Shown here: positions 1 to 9,752 of the stretch, in pieces
Numbering within the stretch: position 1 is the stretch's first letter
Layout: every line of letters starts with the position of its first letter
NCBI GenBank assembly: GCA_964574685.1
Contig: CAZNOI010000005.1
Coordinates: 1,493-65,492, forward strand
Source of the DNA: an uncultured Dehalococcoidia bacterium
GTDB lineage: Bacteria; Chloroflexota; Dehalococcoidia; SZUA-161
Reading direction: 5' to 3'
DNA length: 64,000 nt
Notes under the pieces: generated by a model
Told to the model about the DNA's origin: nothing
What the model saw: only the letters and a program-made list of their open reading frames with translations
The model's database searches: none
Position numbers and translations under genes: made by a program

Positions 1-479
1 TTGAGTCGCGGCGGTGGCCCGAAGTCCACGTCCAGGTTCTCGACAGCCTGCTGCCGCAGAGCGCGGAGAAGCTTCTGGAGGCTCTCGTAGTCGCCGTCCG
101 CGAGTGAGGACATCGCTTCCTGGACGACGCTCTTCATGACTGCGACGCCCTTGCTGCAGTACTCCTGCCCCTTGCTGGTGAGCTTGATTTCGGTGAACGG
201 CCGACCTTTCCTCTTGGGTATCCGGGTTACCAGACCGTCTTGCTCCATTCTGTTTATGAGTCCTGTGACGCTCTGGCTCTCCCGTGAGAGGAATCTGGCG
301 ATCTCGGCGGGGATGAGAGGACCGGGGTGCTCCCTGCACGTCCATAGAACGGCAACCTTCTCGGGAGTTAGACCTACTCTGGCTAGCCTGGTCTCGGCCA
401 CCCTGTCCAGGAGAGACCACGTCTGTCGCAGGAGCGCCCAGCTTGTCAACGCTGCATCGTTGAACATCAAATCATACAT
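1..479 (-). CDS. MarR-family transcriptional regulator (3' end runs off the window)
   Basis: Not in the ORF track; translated by hand. ATG at 479 has a GGAGG RBS. Sequence MYDLMFNDAALTSWALLRQTWSLLDRVAETRLARVGLTPEKVAVLW...PAEIARFLSRESQSVTGLINRMEQDGLVTR...IKLTSKG matches the MarR winged-helix pattern. Frame is open to position 1. Confidence 0.85.
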   Translation of the reverse strand, partial: MYDLMFNDAALTSWALLRQTWSLLDRVAETRLARVGLTPEKVAVLWTCREHPGPLIPAEIARFLSRESQSVTGLINRMEQDGLVTRIPKRKGRPFTEIKLTSKGQEYCSKGVAVMKSVVQEAMSSLADGDYESLQKLLRALRQQAVENLDVDFGPPPRL

Positions 480-609
480 TGGTATACCTCCCGGCTGACT
501 GCTTCTCCGAAGTGACTCTTCTGCGATACGCTTCGCGGCAAATCAACAGTAATATGCAACTGTATACACGAGTGTGATTAAGGAATCGCTTAAGAACATG
601 AAGGGCCAG

Positions 610-636
610 TTACAAGAAGCTTACAATCGGATTACA
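610..636. promoter_or_regulatory. Three TTACA direct repeats with 11-bp period; candidate OmpR/PhoB-type operator
   Basis: TTACA at 610, 621 and 632, upstream of the marR-like gene and just past the stop of an OmpR-family regulator. Confidence 0.4.
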
Positions 637-663
637 GAGACGGATTGCCGGAACGATTCCGGT

Positions 664-1371
664 TCAACATGCCTTGGAGTGACCGCTGCGCGTCGGTCTC
701 GCGAGGAAGTAGCCCGTGCCCGCCTTGGTGAGGATGATCTGTGGGTGGCTGGGGTTTGACTCCAGCTTCTCACGAAGACGCCTTATGTGTACTCTCAGGC
801 TCTCGATAGAGCCAGGGTAGTCTTCCCCCCATACCTCTTCTGCAAGAGCAGAGTGCGTGGCGACACGGCCCGCGTTTCTGATCAGGCGCTGGACTATGTG
901 TGCCTCGATAGCTGTGAGATTGACTTCCCTGTCCTCCAAGGTCAGTTGCCGTGTGGACGGATTGAAGCGAAGAGGGCCAAACTCCAGAGGCGTCTCCTCG
1001 GCGTACCCGGTCCTGTCCCGCATGCGTACGTTGATGCGTGCCAGCAGTTCCAGTTGGCCGCAGGGCTTGACAATGTAGTCGTCGGCGCCCCATTCAAGGC
1101 CCTTGACTATGTCGGCCTCGTCAGCCTTGACCGTCAGTATGATGATGGGGACTGAGGAGAACCGCCTTACTTCCTTTAGCACCTGGAACCCGCTTATGTC
1201 TGGCAGGCCGAGGTCGAGTACCATCATGTCCATATCCTCGGTGCTGGCCAGTTCGACACCCTTCTTGCCGAGATGGGTAGTAGTGATCTGGGCCTTGGGC
1301 CACCGGATCTGGATAGCAAGCGAGATGGACTCCACAATCTCGGGATCGTCTTCGACGATGAGTACCTTCAA
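664..1371 (-). CDS. OmpR/PhoB-family response regulator
   Basis: Receiver domain (VLIVEDD, VLDLGLPD, GADDYIVKP) plus winged-helix output (SLRVHIRRLREKLE...IILTKAGTGY). Confidence 0.95.
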   Translation of the reverse strand: MKVLIVEDDPEIVESISLAIQIRWPKAQITTTHLGKKGVELASTEDMDMMVLDLGLPDISGFQVLKEVRRFSSVPIIILTVKADEADIVKGLEWGADDYIVKPCGQLELLARINVRMRDRTGYAEETPLEFGPLRFNPSTRQLTLEDREVNLTAIEAHIVQRLIRNAGRVATHSALAEEVWGEDYPGSIESLRVHIRRLREKLESNPSHPQIILTKAGTGYFLARPTRSGHSKAC

Positions 1372-1616
1372 TGTGCCTCCGGATGCCGACCACTTTGACT
1401 GGTAGTTCAGATTAAGGGGGCGGCCACTTCAGATGGAGGCCGCCTCAGTCTGTCGCCTGGGGGCGTGTGGGGAAACACTGCAAGGGATGCTCTGGTTCTG
1501 GACAGAGTGCTGCCGGTCCGGCGACCGACACTTGCGGCATACTGCAGCAGCGCAGATACCAGCAGCGCTCGCGCACTCCCTCGCCGATGCCCGGTCCTCA
1601 GCCATGGCGCAACTCC

Positions 1617-1901
1617 TCAGTTGCTATGGAAGGTCTGTCGATGGCCGGAACGGACGGTGTGTCTCTCCTCGGCGGTGCCGGTACGTAGCTGAAAAGTCGA
1701 CTTCTGGAGGAAATGCAGTACATCCTGTCGGCGGTACCTGCGGTCCCCTCTGGAGCCGATATGATAGCAGCGAAGCAGCCCCTTATCACTCCATCGCCTG
1801 ACTGTGGAGATACTGACATGAAGAAAGGCTGCTACCTGCCTGACGGTGAGCATAGCTTCTAGCTTTGTCTTCTCCATGGTCTGAGGCTGCGGCGGGGTCA
1901 C
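1617..1901 (-). CDS. Small helix-turn-helix DNA-binding protein (excisionase-like HTH_17/MerR-type)
   Basis: MLTVRQVAAFLHVSISTVRRWSDKG...GSRGDRRY pattern. Start may be the ATG at 1877. Confidence 0.8.
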   Translation of the reverse strand: MTPPQPQTMEKTKLEAMLTVRQVAAFLHVSISTVRRWSDKGLLRCYHIGSRGDRRYRRQDVLHFLQKSTFQLRTGTAEERHTVRSGHRQTFHSN

Positions 1902-1996
1902 GAAGACGCTGGTTTGTCATATCATAACACATAAGGGCAAGAGAAGCCTTCGTGGGAGTCAGCTCAGGCGTGTTCGTGGAAGCCCTAGGCTGGTGC

Positions 1997-3724
1997 CTAT
2001 CGTTCGCTTCCGCCTTCGGATGAGGAACGTCCTGCTGTGCGGCTCAGTTCTTCTTCCATCAATACGCGGCGCAGTATCTTGCCTATCGGTGATTTCGGCA
2101 GTTCCTCCCTGAACTCGACCAGCTTTGGTACCTTGTACTTGGCCAGTAGGGGTCTGCAGTACTCGGTGATTTCTTCGGGAGTGCACGTCTGTCCCTCATT
2201 GAGAACAACGCATACCTTGACGTTCTGGCCCCGATACTCATCCGGCACCGAGTAGCAGACGGCCTCCTTCACCTTTGGGTGTTCGTACAATACCTCTTCT
2301 ATCTCCCGGGGGTAGATGTTGAAGCCGCCTGCGATTATCATCTCCTTCTTGCGGTCGACGATGCTGAAGAACCCGTCCTCGTCCATGACGGCCAGGTCGC
2401 CGGTATGCAGCCATCCGTCTCGCAGCACGAGGGCGGTCTCATCCGGCCTGTTCCAGTACTCCCGCATTAGCTGCGGTCCTCTGATACACAGCTCGCCGAC
2501 CTCACCCTGCAACACCTCCCTGTCTCCGCTCTCGATATCCACCAGCTTCGCCTCGGTGTCGGGGAATGGAACACCTATACTGCCGATCTTCCTCTTGCCA
2601 AGAAGAGGCGTTGCCAGATTGACAACCGGAGCCTCGCTCAGGCCGTATCCTTCGACCAGCCGCCCGCCGGAAAGGGTCTCGAACTGCTCCTGTACCTCCG
2701 CGGGCAAAGGTGCAGCGCCGCTCACACAGGCCCGGACGGACCTGAAGTCATAGTTGTGCCTGTCGGGACGGCTGTTGATTGCCACATACATGGTCGGTAC
2801 GCCGGGGAAGAACGTGGGCTTGTACCTGTCTATCGTCTTCATCACCTGACGCGTCTCGAAGCGCGGGAGCAGGACCATAGTTGCGCCGGCGAGCATCGAC
2901 AGGTGCATCACCGTTACCATTCCATAGACGTGGAACAGGGGCATTACCCCCATGATGACGGCATCGCCCTCCCGCAGTCCCAGAGGGGTAGCCCAGGCGC
3001 GCATCTGATAGACGTTGGTGACTACACCGTAGTGCTCCGCCACCGCACCCTTGCTGGTACCGGTAGTGCCACCCGTGTATTGCAGCATGGCGATATCGCG
3101 AGGGCTGACGTCAACGCTCGGGTGCGCGGCGATTGATTTCTGCAAGAGTTCCTGAAATCGATAGAACCCGGGGACGCCGGCGGTCTCTACCCTGTGCCCT
3201 TCCTGGCGCTCCCTCAGCAGCGTGAAGAGGAGTCTCGTGACCGGAGGCAGGAACTCCTTGACATTGGTTACGACCACGTTCTTGAGCTTCGTTCGCTCCC
3301 GGACGCTCATTATCAGGTTGTAGAAGACGCTCAGGGTGACTACGGTCTCGGCGCCACAGTCATACAACTGCTCTTCGAGTTCTCGCGCCGAGTACAGGGG
3401 ATTGGTGGCCACCACTATGCCGCCGGCCTTGAGTACGGCGAAGTAGGCGATCACGAACTGGGGGCAGTTCGGGAGCAGCAGCGCCACCCTGTCGCCCTTC
3501 TTGACACCGAGCTGAATAAGGGCGTTAGCGAACTTGTTCGCGAGTTGATCCATCTCCTGGAAGCTGATGCGGTTGGCGTCCCCGAGGACGCCGGGGAACA
3601 AAGTTGAGGTCACATCAGGGAAGCGCCGGGAAGCCTCTTCCAGCAAATGGTGGAGAGTGATTTCGGGATAGTTCATGCTGTGGGCGACGCCGGGGTCGTA
3701 GTTCTTCAGCCAGATCCTCTCCAT
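1997..3724 (-). CDS. Long-chain fatty acid-CoA ligase
   Basis: AMP-binding motifs YTGGTTGTSKG, EGYGLSE, GWLHTGD, RKKEMII, KSPIGKILR. Confidence 0.93.
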   Translation of the reverse strand: MERIWLKNYDPGVAHSMNYPEITLHHLLEEASRRFPDVTSTLFPGVLGDANRISFQEMDQLANKFANALIQLGVKKGDRVALLLPNCPQFVIAYFAVLKAGGIVVATNPLYSARELEEQLYDCGAETVVTLSVFYNLIMSVRERTKLKNVVVTNVKEFLPPVTRLLFTLLRERQEGHRVETAGVPGFYRFQELLQKSIAAHPSVDVSPRDIAMLQYTGGTTGTSKGAVAEHYGVVTNVYQMRAWATPLGLREGDAVIMGVMPLFHVYGMVTVMHLSMLAGATMVLLPRFETRQVMKTIDRYKPTFFPGVPTMYVAINSRPDRHNYDFRSVRACVSGAAPLPAEVQEQFETLSGGRLVEGYGLSEAPVVNLATPLLGKRKIGSIGVPFPDTEAKLVDIESGDREVLQGEVGELCIRGPQLMREYWNRPDETALVLRDGWLHTGDLAVMDEDGFFSIVDRKKEMIIAGGFNIYPREIEEVLYEHPKVKEAVCYSVPDEYRGQNVKVCVVLNEGQTCTPEEITEYCRPLLAKYKVPKLVEFREELPKSPIGKILRRVLMEEELSRTAGRSSSEGGSER

Positions 3725-3748
3725 GTCGACCTCCCCACAGGTCCAGCC

Positions 3749-4243
3749 TCAGACTCCCAGTCTTTGCCTGAACTCCTTGATCTGGGCCCGGTACTGCTCG
3801 AGCCGCTCGGCTGTCATCTCATCGGGCCACTCGGTCTCGACCTGGTAGAAGCAGTCTATCACCGCCCCGCTCTTGGGGGCCAGAGCTATGATTCTGGCCG
3901 GGTTGCCCTTGGCCAGCTTGATCTTCTTCGTCATGAAAGCTGATATGAAACCCTCGCCTTTCCTGATGACCTTCTTCCAGATTTCGGGCGTTGCGCTGAG
4001 AATGAAGTCGGCTTTCTGCTCTGCAGTGGACGCGGTGATATGGGTGCTGTCGTCCTGGAGCGCGCCGTCCTCCAGATGGAGCGCGAAGTCGATATCCTCG
4101 TCTATGCCGAGCCTGGGTTCGGCCAGGACTCGAAACACGAGGAAGATGGTCATGCCCTTGAAGGCCTTATTCTGGTTGTCCGGGTTGCTCCGATAGACCT
4201 CGGCGACCTCTTCAAGCCATTCGGGAGTCACGTAGCTGACCAT
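3749..4243 (-). CDS. SCP2 sterol/lipid-binding domain protein
   Basis: ADFILSATPEIWKKVIRKGEGFISAFMTKKIKL resembles the SCP2 core; lies between two CoA ligases. Confidence 0.7.
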   Translation of the reverse strand: MVSYVTPEWLEEVAEVYRSNPDNQNKAFKGMTIFLVFRVLAEPRLGIDEDIDFALHLEDGALQDDSTHITASTAEQKADFILSATPEIWKKVIRKGEGFISAFMTKKIKLAKGNPARIIALAPKSGAVIDCFYQVETEWPDEMTAERLEQYRAQIKEFRQRLGV

Positions 4244-4261
4244 GTGCTCCTCCAGTGGCGT

Positions 4262-5956
4262 TCACTTGAGAACGCCTTCCGCCTTCATTCGCTCGACTTC
4301 CTCTTCCCTCAGAGCCCTCTTGAATATCTTGCCGGTCCGAGTGAGGGGGAGCTCGCTTCTGAACTCCACCTGTCTGGGGACGGACACAGGTGGCAGGTTC
4401 TCCTTGCAGTACTCGATCACGGCCTCCGCGGTCAGCTTTTCTTCATATTCAGCCGCTGGCTTGACGAATACCTTGATTCTCTCGCTGCCCGGTCGCTCGG
4501 GGTCAGGGATGCCCACGCTTGCCGCCATCTCGATGCCAGGGTGTTTGAACAGCACCTCGTCAACCTCGGTCGTGTAGACCTTGAATCCGGATATGTTGGC
4601 CATGTCCTTGATCCGGTCGAGAAGCATGAAGTAGCCGTTCTCGTCCATCCTGCCTATGTCTCCCGTATGCAGCCAGCCGTTGTCCAGGCCGCTGCCGGGC
4701 GTGGGCCAGTAGCCCTTCATCGTCTGGGGTCCCCTGACCAGTATCTCGCCGATATCTCCGGCCCCGAGTTCCTCTCCGCTGTTGGGATCGACTATCATCG
4801 CCTCCGTATCCGGCACGGGCAGTCCAATGCCGAGCGTCTCCCTCGAAATGAACCCCGTGATCTTCGAGAAGCACGACAGGTTCGCGTGCGTCATCGGGCC
4901 GCACTCGGTAAGCCCGTAGCCCTCCGTCACGGGCATCATGATCTCGTCCTTGATGCTCTGGAACAGCCCCTCGGGAAGGGGAGCCGCACCCGACATGAAC
5001 ATGACAGGCAGCCTCCCGACCTTCTTCTGCGCAATCGCCATCAGGTGCGTAGGTACGACGTAGATGAGGAGCGGCCGGTTCTCCTGCATCAGCCTGACCG
5101 CCTGTTCTATGTCGCGTGGGTCTGACACGAGCAGCAGGCGCAGTCCGAGCGCGATGCTGGCCTGCATTGCCATGTGTCCGTATGAGTGGAAGAGCGGCAC
5201 GACCACCTCGGCGCCGGCCTTGCCCTTTATGCCAGGCCAGAGCGGTTCCAGCGCCCACGTGACCTGCCTGACATTTGTTACCCTGTTGAAATGCGTTATC
5301 ATTACGCCCTTGGGAACACCTGTGGCTCCACCCGTGAACGAGAGGTAGGCGAGGTCTTCTACAGGGTCGATCTCGACCTCCGGTGGTTCCGGCGGATGAT
5401 CGGCCAGCAGGTCCTTGAAGCGGATGGCGCCGGGCGACTGTGGTATCTCAACCGCCTCCGCGGCGTACTCGAGTGGCGACGTGACGATCACATTCCGCAG
5501 ACTGGTCTTCGGCCTGATGGTCTCAACCAGGCTGAGGGCTTCGTCCGAGCAGACCACTGTCTCGGCGCCGGACTCACCGACCTCGTGTTCAAGGTCATGG
5601 ACCCGGTGCAGGGTGCTGCATGGAATGAGGACAGCCCCGCATTCCGATACTGCAAAATCAGTCATGACGAACTGTGGGCAGTTGGGAAGGATGGCCGCGA
5701 CCTTGTCCCCCTTACGAACCCCCATTGTCGCCAGCGCGTTGGCCAGCCTGTCGACATGACCCTTGAGATCGCGGTAGCTGATTCTCCTGCCCAGGTACTC
5801 GACAGACGTCTGGTTGGGGTATGCCTCCGCAGAGTCATCGAGAAGCTTGCAAACAGGAATCCTTGGGTGCGGCTCCAGGCTCTTCTTCAATGGGTACGGG
5901 CCCAGCTTGTAGCTCTTGAGCCAGGGTTTATCGCTGCCCTTCACTTTGTCGCTCAA
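4262..5956 (-). CDS. Acyl-CoA synthetase (AMP-forming)
   Basis: FTGGATGVPKG, EGYGLTE, GWLHTGD, LTRTGKIFK motifs. Confidence 0.93.
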   Translation of the reverse strand: MSDKVKGSDKPWLKSYKLGPYPLKKSLEPHPRIPVCKLLDDSAEAYPNQTSVEYLGRRISYRDLKGHVDRLANALATMGVRKGDKVAAILPNCPQFVMTDFAVSECGAVLIPCSTLHRVHDLEHEVGESGAETVVCSDEALSLVETIRPKTSLRNVIVTSPLEYAAEAVEIPQSPGAIRFKDLLADHPPEPPEVEIDPVEDLAYLSFTGGATGVPKGVMITHFNRVTNVRQVTWALEPLWPGIKGKAGAEVVVPLFHSYGHMAMQASIALGLRLLLVSDPRDIEQAVRLMQENRPLLIYVVPTHLMAIAQKKVGRLPVMFMSGAAPLPEGLFQSIKDEIMMPVTEGYGLTECGPMTHANLSCFSKITGFISRETLGIGLPVPDTEAMIVDPNSGEELGAGDIGEILVRGPQTMKGYWPTPGSGLDNGWLHTGDIGRMDENGYFMLLDRIKDMANISGFKVYTTEVDEVLFKHPGIEMAASVGIPDPERPGSERIKVFVKPAAEYEEKLTAEAVIEYCKENLPPVSVPRQVEFRSELPLTRTGKIFKRALREEEVERMKAEGVLK

Positions 5957-5968
5957 CCGACTCCCTCG

Positions 5969-7840
5969 CTACTCGCCCCAGATATCGGCGATGTATTCCT
6001 CCAGGCCAAGCCCCCGCAGCTTGTCGGGCGTGGGCTTGCCTGTCTCCCTGTCCCAGCCTCGTAGCTCATAGTACTTGTTAAGCATCGCGGGCAGATTCTC
6101 GTTGACCTTGCCGGCGGCCGGCCCCTCTGTCAAGGGCTCCTCCAGTAGCCGCGGCGGGAGCGTATCGTCAGACCTGGTCAGTCCTTCCCGGACATTGAAC
6201 ACTCTCGCGAGATTGTATGCCCTCTCGCCTATCTCGGCAAGGTCTTTGAAGGTGAAACCTTGTCCCAGGCAGTGCTCCACAAGCTTCACCCATTCCCCGG
6301 AATCGAGGCAGAACCCCATGAACTTGCAGGCTCCCAGCGTATCGAGTGCCGTCATGACGTTCTCCAGATCGACCAGTACATGCACCTCTTCGGGGTCGGC
6401 CACGAGGGGGTCTCTGATCTGGCTGTCGGGAATCACGAGGAACGGGATATCGAGGAACGTCGGACCCTGGATGTAGGCCGTTATGTGGTCGCCGCCCCGG
6501 TTGGCGACTGCATACGCCAGGCCGGTAATCTGGACCGCCCTTGAATCGTACGCGGGCAGCTCCAGACCCTTGACATTCATCGCGAATCTGTCACTGCCCT
6601 TGTCCAGCTTCTGCGCCATCCTGCGCGTTCCTTCTGCGAGCAGGTCCCCGATCCCATCGCGCCTGGCTATCCTGTGGATAAGCTCGATGACAACGTCGGG
6701 ATCGCCGAATCTGAGTTCCAGGCCATCCGTGTCCTGCGCGGTCAGAATCCCCTTCTCATAGCACTCGATGGCAAAGGCGATCGTGCTGCCGGTGGATATC
6801 GTGTCCATGCCGTAGTCATCGCAGAGATAGTGCCCCCAGGTGATGGCCTCCATGTCGGTGATGTGGCACTGGCCTCCGAGAGTCCCGACGGTCTCGTATT
6901 CTGGGCCTTCGCCACTCTTGCCGGAGTACTTCCCCTCCCTGATTGTCGTGCGTCTGCCGCACCTGAGAGGGCACGCGAAGCAGCCCATGGGCTCCTCGAG
7001 GACCTTTTCACTGAGGGCCTGCGCGTTTATCTCCTCGATTTCGGGGTAGACGCTTGTCTGCCAGTTCTTCGTCGGGAAACCGCCGCGCACGTTGACGAGG
7101 TCGATGACGGCGTTTGTCCCGAAGGTCTCCAGTGTGACCTTGAACATGGACTGGTCGAGAAGCTCGAACTGCTTCTTCGCAGTCGCCGAGAAGGCTTCCG
7201 GGTCGGCAATCCGCACCTGCTTCTTGCCCAGCACGGCGATTGCCTTGAGCTTCTTCGAGCCCATCACTGCCCCGCCGCCGCATCGGCCCGCAGCCCTGTG
7301 CAGGTCGTTCATTATGCTTGCGTATCTGACCAGGTTCTCACCGGCGATGCCTATGCAGTCCACATTGAACTTGTTTCCCAGCTCCTCCCTGATGAGCCGC
7401 GTCGTCTCGGACACGCTCTTTCCCCACAGGTGGGATGCGTCCCGAATCTCGGCTCCCTCTTCTGTGATCACGAGGTAGACGGGCCTATCGGCTGCTCCAC
7501 GGAAGATAATTCCGTCGTATCCGGTCTTCTTGAAATCGACTCCCCAGAACCCGGCCGAGTTCGATTGAGCCCACAGGTTGGTAAGGGGTGACTTGAATAC
7601 CCAATTGAACCGGCCTGTGCTCGGCGCCACGGTACCCGTGAGTGCACCGGTCATGAGGATGAGTTCGTTGTCCGGGCCAAGCGGCTCGGCGCCCTTTGGC
7701 ACGTCTCGATAAAGGTAGTGCGTCGCCAGGCCCGCTCCAGTGAGGTACTTGTCGAACAGTTCCTGGCGTATCTCTTCCTCCGCGACGCTTCCCCGAGAGA
7801 GATCGACTCTCAGGAGCTTTCCGTGTCCTCCGTACATCAT
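5969..7840 (-). CDS. aor: Aldehyde:ferredoxin oxidoreductase (tungsten/molybdopterin family)
   Basis: GKLLRVDLS, KSPLT, AAGRCGGGAVMGSKKLKAI, CFACPLRC, GPEYET, DTLGACKF, YYELRGW. Confidence 0.93.
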   Translation of the reverse strand: MMYGGHGKLLRVDLSRGSVAEEEIRQELFDKYLTGAGLATHYLYRDVPKGAEPLGPDNELILMTGALTGTVAPSTGRFNWVFKSPLTNLWAQSNSAGFWGVDFKKTGYDGIIFRGAADRPVYLVITEEGAEIRDASHLWGKSVSETTRLIREELGNKFNVDCIGIAGENLVRYASIMNDLHRAAGRCGGGAVMGSKKLKAIAVLGKKQVRIADPEAFSATAKKQFELLDQSMFKVTLETFGTNAVIDLVNVRGGFPTKNWQTSVYPEIEEINAQALSEKVLEEPMGCFACPLRCGRRTTIREGKYSGKSGEGPEYETVGTLGGQCHITDMEAITWGHYLCDDYGMDTISTGSTIAFAIECYEKGILTAQDTDGLELRFGDPDVVIELIHRIARRDGIGDLLAEGTRRMAQKLDKGSDRFAMNVKGLELPAYDSRAVQITGLAYAVANRGGDHITAYIQGPTFLDIPFLVIPDSQIRDPLVADPEEVHVLVDLENVMTALDTLGACKFMGFCLDSGEWVKLVEHCLGQGFTFKDLAEIGERAYNLARVFNVREGLTRSDDTLPPRLLEEPLTEGPAAGKVNENLPAMLNKYYELRGWDRETGKPTPDKLRGLGLEEYIADIWGE

Positions 7841-7863
7841 TCCGCCTTTCCGTCAGGCTGTTG

Positions 7864-7947
7864 GCAGTGCTCGGGAGCTGGTGCCGATGGGCGAAACGCT
7901 ACAGCTCGGATGCGCCTTCGCCCATCACCAGAGCTTCAGAGTGCTGC
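7864..7947. other. Long intercistronic stem-loop
   Basis: GATGGGCGAA pairs with TTCGCCCATC; the outer arms GCAGTGCTC...GAGCT and AGCT...GAGTGCTGC pair imperfectly. Confidence 0.55.
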
Positions 7948-7956
7948 TTCATGCGC

Positions 7957-9738
7957 TCAGCAGGTGTACTTGCCGGACTCGATTATGTTGTCGGCAACGG
8001 CTCTCCTGAGCTGCATGCTGTTCAATGGAACGTACTGCATCGCCTTGCTCACAATGGCAAGCTGGCCCTGCAGCGCCTGTCCTTCTTCCATGGTTGCGAC
8101 GAGGCTGCGGGCGTAAGCCGCCACCCGCGCCATAGCCTCATTCACATATAGCTGGACCATCTGCACCTTGGGTGCGGTCTTCTGCTCGCCCGAGGAGTCG
8201 ACGGCCTTTAGTGACCTCAGGAGTCCGCTTTCCATTGCATAGACCTCCTGGGCCATATCGGACAGCAGACCGAGCACCTCCTGCTCGTCCTCGATGCCCA
8301 TGCCGTACTTCTGGGCCGCCGTGCCGCACAGCGCCAGGAACACCAGCTTGGCCCGCTTGACCAGCCTGCTCTGATACCCGAGGGGACCGTCGTCGGCTTT
8401 CGGGGCCAGGGGTTCGGACGTTTGCATCTCGTTTTTCGCCTTATCTGCCTCCGCAAACAGAGGAATCGTACCCTTCAGGGCGCTTCGGAGCAGCATGCCG
8501 ATACTCAGCACCCTGTTAATCTCGTTGGTCCCCTCGAAGATGCGGAATACCCTGTTGTCACGGTATATCTCCTCAGCGGGGTAGTCTTCCGAGAACCCGT
8601 AGCCGCCGTATATCTGCAATCCCTCGTCTGCTACGAAGTCCAGCACCTCGGAGCAATACACCTTGTTGATTGAGCATTCGACCGCATACTCGCCGATGGA
8701 CTTCGCGAACTCGCGTCCCTGGTCCTCGGCGGTGCGATCGACGCTGGCCAGGCTTCCGTCAATGAGACCGCCCGTACGGTAGACCATGCTCTCGGCCATG
8801 TAGGTCCGCGCGCCCATCTCAGCTACCTTCTGCTTGATGAGGCCGAACTGGCATATGGGTTTGCCGAACTGCACCCGCTCCTTGGAGTAGCCGACGCTGC
8901 CCTCCATGGCCAGCTTAGCGACTCCGACACAACCGGCTGCCAGCTTGAACCTGCCGAGGTTGAGGACGTTGAATGCCACTATGTGTCCTCTCCCTGTCTC
9001 AAACATCGCGTTCTCGACGGGAACCATGGCACCGTCGAGGAATATGCTGCAGGTGGAGGAACCGTGCAGGCCCATCTTCTTCTCTTCGGCGCCCGCTGAC
9101 ACACCTTCGAAGCCCTTCTCGACTATGAAGGCGGTCATCTTGTCGTCGACCTTGGCGTACGTGAAGATGAGGTCTGCGAAGCCGCCGTTCGTAACATACT
9201 GCTTCTGGCCGTCGATCTTGTAGTACTTGCCGTCCGGGGTCAGCTTCGCGGTGGCCTGGATAGACATCGCGTCGGTCCCCGAGCCGGGCTCAGTCAGCGC
9301 ATAGCAGCCGATCAGCTCCCCGCTCGCGAGACCCGGCAGGTACTTCTTCTTCTGGTCCGTGTTACCGAAGAATACCAGCGGCATGGAGCCGATTCCTGTG
9401 TGGTCGTTCAAGGTCAGCCCGAATGAGCCCGCCATCGCCGAGTGCTCGCAGATGAGCAGCGAAGTGATACTGTCCATGTGCGAGCCGCCGTACTCCTCTT
9501 CGATGTCTACCCCGAGAAGGCCCAACTCTCCCGCCATCAGCATCAGCTTGCGGCTGAGGTCCCAGTCCTTCTGCTCGAGTTCCTTGGCATGAGGCATCAC
9601 CTCGTTCCTGACGAACCGCTCGGTCGTCTTGATTATCATCTCGTGCTCTTCGCGGAAGTCCTCCGGAGTGAATACCTCGTCCGGGGGCACATCCTCATAT
9701 AGGAACGAACCACCCTTCCTGACAACCTTCTCCTGCAT
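7957..9738 (-). CDS. fadE: Acyl-CoA dehydrogenase, long FadE type
   Basis: YALTEPGSGTD, KMGLHGSST, QFGKPI, IFEGTNEINR; 593 aa, third gene of a fadN-fadA-fadE-like order. Confidence 0.92.
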   Translation of the reverse strand: MQEKVVRKGGSFLYEDVPPDEVFTPEDFREEHEMIIKTTERFVRNEVMPHAKELEQKDWDLSRKLMLMAGELGLLGVDIEEEYGGSHMDSITSLLICEHSAMAGSFGLTLNDHTGIGSMPLVFFGNTDQKKKYLPGLASGELIGCYALTEPGSGTDAMSIQATAKLTPDGKYYKIDGQKQYVTNGGFADLIFTYAKVDDKMTAFIVEKGFEGVSAGAEEKKMGLHGSSTCSIFLDGAMVPVENAMFETGRGHIVAFNVLNLGRFKLAAGCVGVAKLAMEGSVGYSKERVQFGKPICQFGLIKQKVAEMGARTYMAESMVYRTGGLIDGSLASVDRTAEDQGREFAKSIGEYAVECSINKVYCSEVLDFVADEGLQIYGGYGFSEDYPAEEIYRDNRVFRIFEGTNEINRVLSIGMLLRSALKGTIPLFAEADKAKNEMQTSEPLAPKADDGPLGYQSRLVKRAKLVFLALCGTAAQKYGMGIEDEQEVLGLLSDMAQEVYAMESGLLRSLKAVDSSGEQKTAPKVQMVQLYVNEAMARVAAYARSLVATMEEGQALQGQLAIVSKAMQYVPLNSMQLRRAVADNIIESGKYTC

Positions 9739-9752
9739 GGCAACCCCCTTCG

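Noticed and set aside
136-498. 120-aa plus-strand ORF
   Set aside because: Antisense to the MarR gene, which the track missed because it has no stop inside the window.
1617-1901. Excisionase marking a prophage or integrative element
   Set aside because: No integrase, att-like repeat or phage gene nearby; stand-alone HTH proteins of this type are common regulators.
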